Shown here: positions 12,749-25,466 of the stretch, in pieces
How positions within the stretch are numbered: the stretch's first letter is position 1
How the letters are laid out: every line of letters starts with the position of its first letter
Source: Mustelus asterias
Lineage: Eukaryota
Direction of reading: 5' to 3'
Length of the DNA: 64,000 bases
Assembly: GCF_964213995.1 (NCBI RefSeq)
Contig: NC_135804.1
Coordinates: 69,440,001 to 69,504,000, forward strand
Translations under genes and position numbers: made by a program
The notes under the pieces: generated by a model
Database searches by the model: none
Told to the model about the DNA's origin: nothing
The model's input: the letters and a program-made list of their open reading frames with translations, nothing else

Positions 12749-12793
12749 CCACACAAGCTTTCGAAGCTCTAAGCCCCTTCTTCAGGTGAGTGG
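12749..12793 (-). ncRNA. Minimal type I hammerhead ribozyme motif in PLE pseudo-LTR
   Basis: Reverse complement is CCACUCAC-CUGAAGA-A-GGGGC-UUAGA-GCUUC-GAAA-GCUU-GUGUGG. Confidence 0.72.
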
Positions 12794-13698
12794 GAATTCT
12801 GTTCACAAACAGAGCTTATAAAGACACAGACTCAATTTACATGAATAATGGTTGGAATGCGAATACTTACAACTAATCAAGTCTTTAAGAAACAAAACAA
12901 TGGGAGTGGAGAGAGCATCAAGACAGGCTAAAAGGATGTGTATTGTCTCCAGACAAGACAGCCAGTGAAACTCTGCAGGTCTACGCAACTGTGGGAGTTA
13001 CAAATAGTGTGACATGAACCCAATATCCCGGTTGAGGCCGTCCTCGTGTGTGCGGAACTTGGCTATCAGTTTCTGCTCAGCGACTCTGCGCTGTTGTGTG
13101 TCGCGAAGGCCGCCTTGGAGAACGCTTACCCGAATATCAGAGGCCGAATGCCCGTGACCGCTGAAGTGCTCCCCAACAGGAAGAGAACAGTCTTGCCTGG
13201 TGATTGTCGAGCGGTGTTCATTCATCCGTTGTCGCAGCGTCTGCATAGTTTCCCCAATGTACCATGCCTGGGGACATCCTTTCTTGCAGCGTATCAGGTA
13301 GACAACGTTGGCCGAGTTGCAAGAGTATGTACCGTGTACCTGGTGGATGGTGTTCTCACGTGAGATGATGGCATCTGTGTCGATGTGTTCTCACGTGAGA
13401 TGATGGCATCTGTGTCGATGTATTGATAGCCAAGTTCCGCACACACGAGGACGGCCTCAACCGGGATATTGGGTTCATGTCACACTATTTGTAACTCCCA
13501 CAGTTGCGTGGACCTGCAGAGTTTCACTGGCTGTCTTGTCTGGAGACAATACACATCTTTTTAGCCTGTCTTGATGCTCTCTCCACTCCCATTGTTTTGT
13601 TTCTTAAAGACTTGATTAGTTGTAAGTATTCGCATTCCAACCATTATTCATGTAAATTGAGTCTGTGTCTTTATAAGCTCTGTTTGTGAACAGAATTC

Positions 13699-13743
13699 CC
13701 ACTCACCTGAAGAAGGGGCTTAGAGCTTCGAAAGCTTGTGTGG
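13699..13743 (+). ncRNA. Minimal type I hammerhead ribozyme motif in PLE pseudo-LTR
   Basis: CUGAAGA and GAAA cores, stem II GGGGC/GCUUC, palindromic AAGCUU stem III, stem I CAC/GUG. Confidence 0.72.
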
Positions 13744-14867
13744 CTTTTGCTACCAAATAAACCTGTTGGACTTTAACCTGGTGTTGTTAAACTTCTTACT
13801 GTGTTTACCCCAGTCCAACGCCGGCATCTCCACATCACTTTTTCCGAAAGGCAGGCATTGACTGGTGGAGTACAGCAGGGATCGCTTCTAGAAATTCAGG
13901 TGTTCACAATATATGGATGATTGAAATGATGGAACTAAATGCAATATCTCCAAATTTGCAGATGACACAAAACTGGGTGGGAGGGTGGGTTTTGATGGGG
14001 ATAAAAAGATTTGGAAAAATTGATAGAGTGGGCAGATGCATATGGATAAATGTGACATTCTCCACTTTGGCAGCAAAAGTTGGAAGGCAAAATATGATCT
14101 GAGTGGCTTTAGATTGAGAGGGGAATGTACAACGAAATCTGGCTGAAATTGTACATCAGTCATTCAAGATAAGCATGTATGTGCAGCAGGCGATAAATAA
14201 GACAATTTGCATTGTGGCCACCATAGAGAGAGGATGCGATTACAGAAGCAAGCATGTTTTGCTGTAAATATGCAGGGCTTTGGAGAGACAACGCCTGGAA
14301 TACTGTATTCAGTTTCTGTCGCATTATCTGAGGAAGGACGTTCTTGCTACAGAGTGAGTGCAGCGAATGTTTACCAGACATATCGCCGGAATGCAGGGAT
14401 TCACGAATGAGAAGAGATTTATTCGGATAAGAATTTATTCGCTGGAGTTCAAAATAATGAGCAGGAGGAATCTCATAGAAACATTGAAAATTCTAAAAGG
14501 ACTAGACAATATGGTAAATGAAGTGTGGTGTAATGTTGGGGAGCCCATCACCATGGGGAATAGTCTAAAGATACGGGGTAAACGTTTTAACACTGAGATG
14601 AGGAGATGTTTCTTCACCTCGAGAGCGGTAAGCCTCTGCAACTCACTACCAGAAAAAGCAGTTGAAGTCAAAAATATTGCACGATTTGAGGAAGGAGTTA
14701 TATATATGGATCTTGGGGCGAATGAGATCAAAGGATATGGGAGAAGGCCGGATCAGGTTACTGACTTGGATGATCTGCCATGCTCAGAATGAATGGAGAT
14801 AGAGGCTTGAAGTGCCGAATGACCTACTCCTATTCCTGTTATTTATGTATTCTATGCCTGTGTTTAT

Positions 14868-17800
14868 AAAGAACAAAGAACAGTACAGCACAGGAAACAG
14901 GCCCTTCGGCCCTCCAAGCCTGTGCCGCTCCTTGGTCCAACTAGACCAATCGTTTGTATCCCTCCATTCCCAGGCTGCTCATGTGACTATCCAGGTAAGT
15001 CTTAAACGATGTCAGCGTGCCTGCCTCCACCACCCTACTTGGCAGCGCATTCCAGGCCCCCACCACCCTCTGTGTAAAAAACGTCCCTCTGATGTCTGAG
15101 TTATACTTCGCCCCTCTCAGCTTGAGCCCGTGACCCCTCGTGATTGTCACCTCCGACCTGGGAAAAAGCTTCCCACTGTTCACCCTATCTATACCCTTCA
15201 TAATCTTGTATACCTCTATTAGATCTCCCCTCATTCTCCGTCTTTCCAAGGAGAACAACCCCAGTCTACCCAATCTCTCCTCATAGCTAAGACCCTCCAT
15301 ACCAGGCAACATCCTGGTAAACCTTCTCTGCACTCTCTCCTATGCCTCCACGTCCTTCTGGTAGTGCGACGACCAGAACTGGACGCAGTACTCCAAATGT
15401 GGCCTAACCAGCGTTCTATACAGCTGCATCATCAGACTCCAGCTTTTATACTCTATACCCCGTCCTATAAAGGCAAGCATACCATATGCCTTCTTCACCA
15501 CCTTCTCCACCTGTGTTGCCACCTTCAAGGATTTGTGGACTTGCACACCTAGGTCCCTCTGTGTTTCTATACTCCTGATGACTCTGCCATTTATTGTATA
15601 ACTCCTCCCTACATTATTTCTTCCAAAATGCATCACTTCGCATTTATCCGGATTAAACTCCATCTGCCACCTCTCCGCCAAATTTTCCAGCCTATCTATA
15701 TCCTGCTGTATTGCCCAACAATGCTCTTCGCTATCCGCAATTCCAGCCATCTTCGTGTCATCCACAAACTTGCTGATTACACCAGTTACACCTTCTTCCA
15801 AATCATTTATATACATCACAAATAGCAGAGGTCCCAGTACAGAGCCCTGCGGAACACCACTGGTCACAGACCTCCAGCCGGAAAAAGACCCTTCGACCAC
15901 TACCCTCTGCCTCCTATGGCCAAGCCAGTTCTCCACCCATCTAGCCACTTCTCCTTGTATCCCATGAGCCTTAACCTTCTTAACCAACCTGCCATGTGGG
16001 ACTTTGTCAAATGCCTTACTGAAGTCCATATAGACGACATCCACGGCCCTTCCTTCATCAACCGTTTTTGTCACTTCCTCAAAAAACTCCACCAAATTTG
16101 TAAGGCACGACCTCCCTCTTACAAAACCATGCTGTCTGTCACTAATGAGATTGTTTCGTTCTAAATGCACATACATCCTGTCTCTAAGAATCCTCTCCAA
16201 CAACTTCCCTACCACGGACGTCAAGCTCACCGGCCTATAATTTCCGGGGTTATCCCTGCTACCCTTCTTAAACAACGGGACCACATTCGCTATCCTCCAA
16301 TCCTCAGGGACCTCACCCGTGTCCAAAGAAGTGACAAAGATTTCCGTCAGAGGCCCAGCAATTTCACCTCTCGTCTCCCTGAGCAGTCGAGGATAGATGC
16401 CATCAGGCCCTGGGGCTTTGTCAGTTTTAATGTTCCCTAGAAAACCTAACACTTCCTCTCTTGTAATGGAGATTTTCTCTAACGGGTCAACACCTCCCTC
16501 CGAGACACTCCCGGTTAACACGCCCCTCTCCTTCGTGAATACCGATGCAAAGTATTCATTTAGGATCTCCCCTATTCCCTTGGGTTCTAAGCATAATTCC
16601 CCTCCTTTGTCCCTGAGAGGTCCGAATTTCTCCCTGACAACTCGTTTGTTCCTAACGTATGAATAGAATGCCTTAGGATTCTGCTTAATCCTGCCTGCCA
16701 AGAACATCTTGTGACCTCTTTTTGCCCTTCTAACTCCCCGTTTGAGTTCTTTCCTACTCTCTCTGTATTCCTCCAGAGCTCCATCTGTTTTCAGTTGCCT
16801 GGACTTAACGTACGCCTCCCTTTTCATTTTAATCAGATCCTCAATTTCCCTGGTTATCCACGGCTCTCGAATCCTACCTTTCCTATCTTTCCTTTTTACA
16901 GGCACATGCCTATCCTGCAGCCTTATCAATAGTTCCTTAAAAGACTCCCACATGCCAGACGCGGACTTACCCTCGAACATCCTCTCCCAATCAACATCCA
17001 CCAATTCCTGCCTAATCCGGCTATCGTCAGCCTTCCCCCAATTTAGCACCCTGCCCGTAGGACAGCACTCATCCTTATCCATTACTATCCTAAGGTTAAC
17101 AGAGTTGTGGTCACTAATTGTCACATGTTCCCCGACTGAAACTTTGACGACCTGACCGGGCTCATTTCCCAGAACTAGGTCCAGTATAGCCCCCTCTCTA
17201 GTCGGGCTCTCTACATACTGTTCCAAAGAACCTTCCAGTACGCATTTTACAAATTCCTCCCCGTCCGGACCCCCAGCTCTAAGCACTTTCCAGTCTGTGC
17301 CAGGGAAATTAAAGTCTCCCACTACAACAACCCTATTTTTTCTGCACCTATCCAGAATCTCCTGACATATCCTTTCCTCCACTTCCCGTGGGCTGTTGGG
17401 TGGTCTGTAGTACACCCCCAGCATAGTGACTGCACCCTTCCTGTTTCTGAGTTCCACCCACAGCGACTCAGTACATGACCCCTCTAAGTTGTCTACCCTC
17501 TGCACCGCGGTAATATGCTCCTTAACTAATATCGCTACTCCCCCACCTTTTTTAGCCCCTCCTCTGTCTCGCCTAAAACACTTATACCCCGGAATATTCA
17601 GCTGCCAGTCCTGTCCTTTTAACCAAGTTTCCGTCACCGCAACCACATCCAAATTCCGCATAAGCATTAAGGCCCTAAGTTCGTCTGTTTTACCCGTTAC
17701 GCTCCTCGCATTGAAGCAGATGCACTCCAGACCTCCAGGCCCACTCAGGTCATCCTCCTCCAGAGTGCTCCTCTTCTTAGCTAGCCTTGCCCTGGGCCCC

Positions 17801-18260
17801 AGCTCAACCCCAGCCTCAGTATTTACTGACCTCCTGTTTTGTTCCCCACCCCCCTGCCACACGAGTTTAAATCCTGCCGAAACACTCCAGCAAAACTCCC
17901 AGCCAGGATATTTGCTCCCTTCCAGTTAAGGTGTAACCCATCCTTTCTGTACAGTTGCCATCCTGACTTGAAGATTTCCCAGTTATCTATGAATTTAAAA
18001 CCCTCCCTCTTGCACCAGTCCTTTAGCCACGCGTTCAACTGTAGAATCTCCCTGTTCCGAGCCTCACTTGCACTAGACACCGGGAGCAGTTCAGAGATTG
18101 CAACCCTGGAGGTCTTACTTTTTAGCCTAGCACCCAACTCCCTGAATTTCTCTCGTATGACCCCCCTGCTCCTCCTCCCTATATCATTTTCACCAATGTG
18201 TACAATCTCATCCGTTTGACTACATTCCTTTTTAAATATGCTTCCTACCCTCTCGGAGGG
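14868..18260 (-). mobile_element. CR1 LINE with complete ORF2 and the 3' part of ORF1
   Basis: ORF1 SGNH/GDSL esterase motifs VHIGENDI and DGLHLN; ORF2 endonuclease plus RT; (ttgttct)n tail at 14868-14885. Confidence 0.95.
14941..17862 (-). pseudogene. CR1 ORF2 (APE endonuclease plus reverse transcriptase) broken by one nonsense codon
   Basis: The 840-aa and 130-aa ORFs are in the same frame, separated by TAG at 15340-15342. Motifs VTETWL, GDFNFP, LDLVL, SDH, QGSVLGP and FVDD. Confidence 0.9.
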
Positions 18261-19436
18261 TAAGATAATCTTGCCTATCGCATTCATAATGCTCAAAAAC
18301 CAGAATGCAAGTCATGTTTTTCTGTTACGACGTCTCAAAGCTAATTTATAAAACTTGATAAGTCTGTTCATCGAATAAAGCAGGACGTTTGTTATTATGC
18401 CCTGATGTTCCAAAATCGCCAGCATACCGCTATTCAGGACGTTAGGTAAATTCAGTTAAAGCCTCAATTCACATCTCTGTAATCAGCTATGTCGTACAAA
18501 TGTCTTGCACTTCATGAACGGTAGGTGAATAGTTAACGCAAGGATCTTCACCTGGAAATTATTTTGGAATTTCATTTTGAGGTTTACAGCATGTAAACGG
18601 GCCCTTCGGCCCCAGTTGTCCATGCCGCCCTTGCCTTTCACACCTAAACTAGTCCCAAGTTCCCATGTTTGCCCGATATCCCTCTATACCCATCTTACAC
18701 ATGTAGCTGTCGAACTGTCGAACTGCGCCTTTAAAGACAGATGTGTACCACCACGACTACTGCATCTGACAGGTCATTCCAGACATGCGCCACCATCTGA
18801 GTGAAAGAAATGCCCCTGTAAACCCCTTTGTATCTCTCCGCTCTCATCTTAAACTCATGACCTCCTGTTTTAGGCTCCCCTACCTTGGGGAATGATGTTG
18901 ATTATCTGCCTTATCTATTCCCCTCAATATTTTATAGACCTCTATAAGATCACCCCTAAGCCTCAGGTGCTCAAGGGAAAAGAGTCCCAATCCATCCAAC
19001 CTCTCCTTATCACTCAAACCATCAAGTCCCAATAGAGTCATAGAGTAATAGAGGATTACAGCATGAAAACAGGCCCTTCGGCCCAGCTTCTCCATGTCGC
19101 TCTTTCTTAACCACTAAGCTAGTCCCAATTGCCCGCATTTGGCCTATACCCATCTATACACATCTTCCCGATGTAACTTTCTAAATGCTTTTCAAAAGAC
19201 AAAATTGTACCTGCCTCCAGTACTACCTCTGGCAGCTTGTTTCAGACACTCACCACCCTCTGGGCACTTTTGTATCTCTCCGCTCTCACCTTTAACTTAT
19301 GCCCTCTAGTTTTAGGCTCCACTGTTTTTGGGAAAATATGTTGACTATCCAGCTGATCTATGCCGCTCATCATCTTATGGACCTCTGTAATATCACCCCG
19401 AAGCCTCCTTCCTCCAGGAAAAAAATCCCAGTCTAT

Positions 19437-19626
19437 CAATCCAAAGATGTGCGGGTTAGGTTGATTGGCCAGGTTAAAATTGCCCCTGAGATGCGTAGGT
19501 TAGAGGGATTAGCGGGTAAATATGTGGGGGTAGGGCCTGGGTGGGATTGTGGTCGGTGCGGACTCGATGGGCCGAATGGCCTCCTTCTGCACTGTAGGGT
19601 TTCTATGATTTCTATGATTTCTATGA
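19437..19626 (+). mobile_element. 5'-truncated V-SINE (3' half)
   Basis: Begins at caatccaaagatgtgcggg and ends in (tttctatga)n; no A or B box. Confidence 0.85.
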
Positions 19627-20079
19627 AGCCTCTCCGTATAACTAAATCCATCATGTCCCGGTAGCATCCTCGTAAATGTTTTATGCACACTTTCTAGTTT
19701 ATTAATATTCTTTCTATGATGGTATGCCCAGAACTGTACACAGTATCCCAAGTGTGGTCTTACTAATGTCGTGTACAACTTCAACAAGATATCCCAACTC
19801 TTGTATTCAATGTGCTGACCAATGAAATCAAACATGCCGAATGTCTTCTTCACCACTCTGTCCACCTGGTGACTCCACTTTGAAGGAGCTATGAACCTGT
19901 ACCCTAGATCTCTTTGTTCTATAACTCTCCCCAACGCCCCACTATTAACTCAGTAGGTCCTGCCCTCAGCTGATCTACCAAAATACATCACCTCGCATTT
20001 ATTTAAATTAAACTCCATCTATCATTCATTAGCCGATTGGCCCAATTGATCAAGATTCTGTTGCAAACCTAGATAACTT

Positions 20080-20462
20080 TTTTGATTTGATCTGATTTGG
20101 TTTATTATTGTCCCATGTATTAACATGAGACAATTCTTTCTTGCGCACTATACAGACAAAGCATACCGTTCATATAGAAGGAAAAGAGAGAGTGCAGAAT
20201 GCAGTGTTACAGTGATAGCTAGAGTGTAGAGAAAGATCAACTTAATGAAAGGTAAGTCCATTCAAAAGTCTGACAGCGGCAGGGAAGAAGCTGTTTTTGA
20301 GCCGGTTGGTACGTGACCTGGGACCTATGTATCTTTTTCCCAATGGAAGAAGGTGGAAAAGAAAATGTCCGGGGTGCGTAGTGTCGTTAATTATGCTGGC
20401 TGCTTTGCCGAGGCAGCGAGAAGTGTCGACAGAGTCAATGGATGGGAGGCTGGTTTGCGTTC
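20080..20462 (-). mobile_element. Rex1/Babar-like LINE 3' fragment nested in CR1
   Basis: Reverse complement matches about 28990-29350 and carries the (aaatc)n tail. Confidence 0.75.
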
Positions 20463-22459
20463 ACTGTCCACTATGCCACCAATCTTGGTGTCATCTGCAA
20501 ACTTACTAACCATGTCTCATTTTGCAGACACAATTTACCATTCTTTGTAAAGTTCTGGAAGCCTATAATTTGATCGACATGAGAACACAATTTACTTATC
20601 CGCTACAGCTTCTCATCCAACAATTGAAATTCATCACCATATCGTGTTCATTTATAGATATGGCCTACAATTATTTAACATTTATTCATTTCGTATAAGC
20701 TGCAAAACCTACAAATATTAATTTAATTTTATTACTTGACGTAATCGTTTTTTATGACAAAGACTAATATTGTGCACATTAAAAATTAGAACAGCTACTG
20801 CAGAAACATGCCTTAATAATTAAAAGCTAGATTGTGATGTCATATGCTGATGTTAAGGTGACAATTTCATGACTGGTAATGTGACAGTTTTTCACGGGAA
20901 TGCTGTTGGTTACAAAACAAGATAAAGGATGTAGCAGTGGTTAAAATGAAACAAGTTATTCAAACGATTTAACATATCCAAGGCTGTTTTTTTCTCTTTT
21001 CGTTGATTTAGATATTGATGAGATTGTGTGGGTCTTTCATTGGCTTGTGACGCTGGAGGCACAATTTCTTCCTCAGGAGCAAATGTCAAGACTAAAACAT
21101 CTGCCTTGCGATCGAGGGAATAAACAACTAACATGAAAACAGATTACATGTCACACAAAGTTGTTGATCTCGTTGGATGAAGTGGGTACAGTCACTATAT
21201 TGCTGTCTTACCCAATGATCCATTTGATTTCTTCTGTGGGGATCGTCCTATGTCGCACTTATCACGAGTCTGGCTACCACGAAACTATCGATGAGCCAAA
21301 CTGCCATTCCTGGCAGCTCTTGATTGTGCCAAGTTTAAAGTTGCAGCTGTCCTTTTACATGTTAGTATTTAACTGCTGCGCTTGAAGATTAACTGATTTT
21401 AGTTTTATATCATAATTCATACGGGCAGAATTACTGCATTCGGCACATCGAGTCTTCTCTGCTATTCAATTACATCAGAACTGATCTGATATGATAAAAC
21501 TCAACTCCAATTTCCCGCCCATTCTATTAATGCTTTTCCTCATACTGATTAAAAAAGTCGTGTTTCCGTCTCGTGCATATTCAACTTTGATGCACTTTCT
21601 TGTGTCGCCTGTAATATGAAAATTTTGTTACCGTCTTTGTGACATGTAATATCGCTGCTTGGAATAATTGTCAACATAAACTGCTATTTTGTTCATCGTT
21701 GTGGCTCTCTTCTTAGAAAATGTTTGTTGCATAATTAAATTATGAGCTAAGTTAAAGAACTAATGATTCAAAACGTCAAGCATGTTCTCGCAATGTGGTT
21801 TACAGTAACCTACGGTTATAGCTTTGCAAACGGCTTTTCTTCTAATCTGTCCAACCTCCAAAATCTAGCAACAGCGAATGCACCTCGTTCAATTACCTTG
21901 ATTGTGCAGCTGAAACTAACGTTTAATAGGTTGATTGAGTGTTCCGCAGTGTTCCCATAAAAACACATCCAACTAAATTATTATTGAAGATGCATGCGCT
22001 ATAATATAGGTCTTGAGATTGAATAAAATATTGAAGACAACGTTCCCTATGTCAAATTGTTTCCGTTCTGCTAATTTATCAGTAACGAAATACTTCACAA
22101 TTATGCAACAAGTATCGGGTGGGGATTGTATAACATGAAACGAAAATCAGACTTGTTTATAATAATTATCATCAGACTTGCTTATCATAGCTCTCATAAT
22201 TAATTGTAGCCAGAGCGGCACAAAATTCCCCGCCATGGTACGGGAGACGGCCTTTTATCTCCTGGATAATTGTGGAGGAACGGACAAGCAAACTGAAAGT
22301 CACTGTCCATGGCATTCACACGGCTTGGAAAAGGCATGTGCGCGCGCTGAAGTGTCATGTAAAGCCAGGCGTAACTTTTACCTCATGGAGGTAGGAAATT
22401 GCAGTAAACTGTCCAAAATCAGCATGACGTTGACACGTTTTCCGTTAGTCACACATATA

Positions 22460-22839
22460 AATCATAGAATAGAATCATAGAAACACTACAGCACAGAAAG
22501 AGGCCATTCGGCCCATCGAGTCTGCACCGACCACAATCCCACCCAGGCCCTACCCCCATATCCCTACATATTTACCCACTAATAACTCTAACTTACGCAT
22601 CTCAGGACACCAAGGGCAATTTTAGCAAGGCCAATCAACCTAACCCGCACATCTTTGGACTGTGGGAGGAAACCGGAGCACCCGGAGAAAACCCACGCAG
22701 ACACGAGGAGAATGTGCAAACTCCACACAGACAATGACCCAAGCCGGGAATCGAACCCAGGTCCCTGGAGCTGTGAAGCAGCAGTGCTAACCACTGTGCT
22801 ACCGTGCCGCCCCTAACCACTATGCTACCGTGCTACCCC
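22460..22839 (-). mobile_element. V-SINE (HE1-like), full length, with about 26 nt of its 5' end duplicated
   Basis: A and B boxes, V domain and tail; ctaaccactgtgctaccgtgc is repeated with changes at 22813-22839. Confidence 0.9.
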
Positions 22840-23695
22840 ATGCTGTGATTGTGCGTAAGGCTTATATTAAATATAAATAATTTACTAAATTAGCCACTCT
22901 GACTGAGGGAATGATTATTGAAGTTCCTTTCAAAATATTGATATGAGCTTTCTTTTCGATGTCCTCCCTTAGATTTTGGAGTAAGGTTACACACACATCT
23001 GAGCTCGCAAAGATTTGTGCAGGAAACCTCCAGGACCACAAAAATCGGTAGCAATCTCAGTTGGTGACAGTCAATGGTTAATTGTATCAGGGCTATAGTG
23101 ACATTTTAGAATTCGATGTTCTTTTTCCTCTGCCAAATACGACAAGAAGAATGTTCATGAGTAGAAAATGAAGAAATGACATTTACGAGAGGGTTTGGGT
23201 GAGCAACCAAGTAGCTAGTTGGAAACCTGGTTCAGATGGGCATAGGGGTAACATGGGGGCGGGGAGGGGGGTGGAGATGAGAGCAGGGGCCAGTGACATC
23301 CGGCAAGATATAAATGGCAGAGGGATTAGGCAAGATTAGGACTATGTCTGCCTGCACTAGAAGACAGGTAACTTGTTACGCTGAGTATCTGGTTTTCAGT
23401 TGCTAATCGCAAGTCGTTACATGACAGAGACTTTAACATCGGTGGCAGGAAATTGTTTAGAAAAATGTGAGGGACACAATTAATCTCTACATAGAGAGGC
23501 AAGGGGTAGCCAAGAAGTGTCTTCGTGATTTACGTTTGTCAACGGTAAATCGCGTCCATCAAAATGGTTGCATTTTTCGAGGTGGTGAGTCGGTGTGTAG
23601 ATGGGGGCAGGGCAGTTAAGATAGTCTACATGGACTTCACTAAGGCTTTTCACAATGTCCCATATAGGAAAATGATCAAGCAGGTTAGAGTCCAT

Positions 23696-25220
23696 AAGAC
23701 CATAAGACCATAAGACATAGGAGCGGAAGTAAGGCCATTCGGCCCATCGAGTCCACTCCACCATTCAATCATGGTTGATTTCAACTCCATTTACCCGCTC
23801 TCTCCCCATAGCCCTTAATTCCTCGAGAAATCAAGAATTTATCAATTTCTGTCTTGAAGACGCTCAACGTCTCGGCCTCCACAGCCCTCTGTGGCAATGA
23901 ATTCCACAGACCCACCACTCTCTGGCTGAAGAAATTTCTCCTCATCTCTGTTCTAAAGTGACTCCCTTTTATTCTAAGGCTGTGCCCCCGCGTCCTAGTC
24001 TCCCCTGTTAATGGAAACAACTTCCCTACGTCCATCCTATCTAAGCCGTTCATTATCTTGTAAGTTTCTATCAGATCTCCCCTCAACCTCCTAAACTCCA
24101 ATGAATATAATCCCACGATCCTCAGACGTTCATCGTATGTCAGGCCTACCATTCCTGGGATCATCCGTGTGAATCTCCGCTGGACCCGCTCCAGTGCCAG
24201 TATGTCCTTCCTGAGGTGTGGGGCCCAAAATTGCTCACAGTACTCCAAATGGGGCCTAACCAGTGCTTTATAAAGCCTCAGAAGTACATCCCTGCTTTTG
24301 TATTCCAAGCCTCTTGAGATAAATGACAACATTACATTTGCTTTCTTAATTACGGACTCAACCTGCAAGTTTACCTTTAGAGAATCCTGGACTAGGACTC
24401 CCAAGTCCCTTTGCACTTTAGCATTATGAATTTTGTCACCGTTTAGAAAATAGTCCATGCCTCTATTCTTTTTTCCAAAGTGTACGACCTCGCACTTGCC
24501 CACGTTGAATTTCATCAGCCACTTCTTGGACCACTCTCCTAAACTGTCTAAATCTTTCTGCAGCCTCCCCACCTCCTCAATACTACCTGCCCCTCCACCT
24601 ATCTTTGTATCATCGGCAAACTTGGCCAGAATGCTCCCAGTCCCGTCATCTAGATCGTTAATATATAAAGAGAACAGCTGTGGCCCCAACACTGAACCCT
24701 GCGGGACACCACTTGTCACCGGTTGCCATTCTGAGAAAGAACCTTTTATCCCAACTCTCTGCCTTCTGTCTGACAGCCAATCGTCAATCCATGTTAGTAC
24801 CTTGCCTCGAATACCATGGGCCCTTATTTTACTCAGCAGTCTCCCGTGAGGCACCTTGTCAAAGGCCTTTTGGAAGTCAAGATAGATAACATCCATTGGC
24901 TCTCCTTGGTCTAACCTATTTGTTATCTCTTCAAAGAACTCTAACAGGTTTGTCAGGCACGACCTCCCCTTACTAAATCCATGCTGACTTGTCTTAATCC
25001 GACCCTGCACTTCCAAGAATTTAGAAATCTCATCCTTAACGATGGATTCTAGAATTTTGCCAACAACTGAGGTTAGGCTAATTGGCCTATAATTTTCCAT
25101 CTTTTTTCTTGTTCCCTTCTTGAACAGTGGGGTTACAACAGCGATTTTCCAATCCTCTGGGACTTTCCCTGACTCCAGTGACTTTTGAAAGATCATAACT
25201 AACGCCTCCACTATTTGCAT
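23696..25220 (-). mobile_element. Young 5'-truncated CR1 LINE with an uninterrupted RT frame
   Basis: Open ORF 23781-25215 with FADD; (cttatggt)n tail; target duplication gagtccat at 23688-23695 and 25221-25228. Confidence 0.95.
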
Positions 25221-25340
25221 GAGTCCATGAAATCCAAGGCAATTTGGCAAGTTGGAAATCAAAATTGACTTAGTGGCAGAAATCAGACGGTGGGAGTCGA
25301 ATATTATTTTTGTGACTGGAAGTCTGTGTCCAGTGATATA

Positions 25341-25466
25341 ATGATGTGGAGATGCCGGCGTTGAACTGGGGTAAACACAGTAACAGTTTTAACAACACCA
25401 GGTTAAAGTCCAACAGGTTTATTTGGTAGCAAATGCCATGAGCTTTCGGAGCGCTGCTCCTTCGTC
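25341..25466 (-). mobile_element. Mini Penelope-like insertion (terminal tail plus 3' part of the hammerhead)
   Basis: Reverse complement is GACGAAGGAGCAGCGCTCCGAAAGCTCATGG...CCACATCAT; target duplication gtccagtgatat at 25328-25339 and 25464-25475. Confidence 0.85.

Larger units (their letters stand above)
12692..13837. mobile_element. Penelope-like element, fold-back arrangement of two inverted 3' ends
   Basis: Minus arm 12692-13385 (GIY-YIG end plus pseudo-LTR) and plus arm 13424-13837; target duplication ctttttccgaaag at 12681-12693 and 13838-13850. Confidence 0.92.
12600..14860 (+). mobile_element. Old CR1 LINE split by the Penelope-like insertion
   Basis: RT-like sequence on both sides of 12692-13837 (SKFADDTK near 13950; ORF 14358-14792 resembles the CR1 C-terminus). 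Confidence 0.75.
18580..20516 (-). mobile_element. Composite of two CR1 3' fragments with a nested SINE fragment and Rex-like LINE
   Basis: CR1 3' ends at about 18580 and 19035; RT fragments continue to 20516; the block is flanked by tcattttg at 18572-18579 and 20517-20524. Confidence 0.8.

Noticed and set aside
22089-22240. Possible decayed transmembrane exon (LFIIIIIR / LLIIALII)
   Set aside because: Frames are broken by stops and the splice phases are inconsistent; AT-rich DNA explains the hydrophobic reads.
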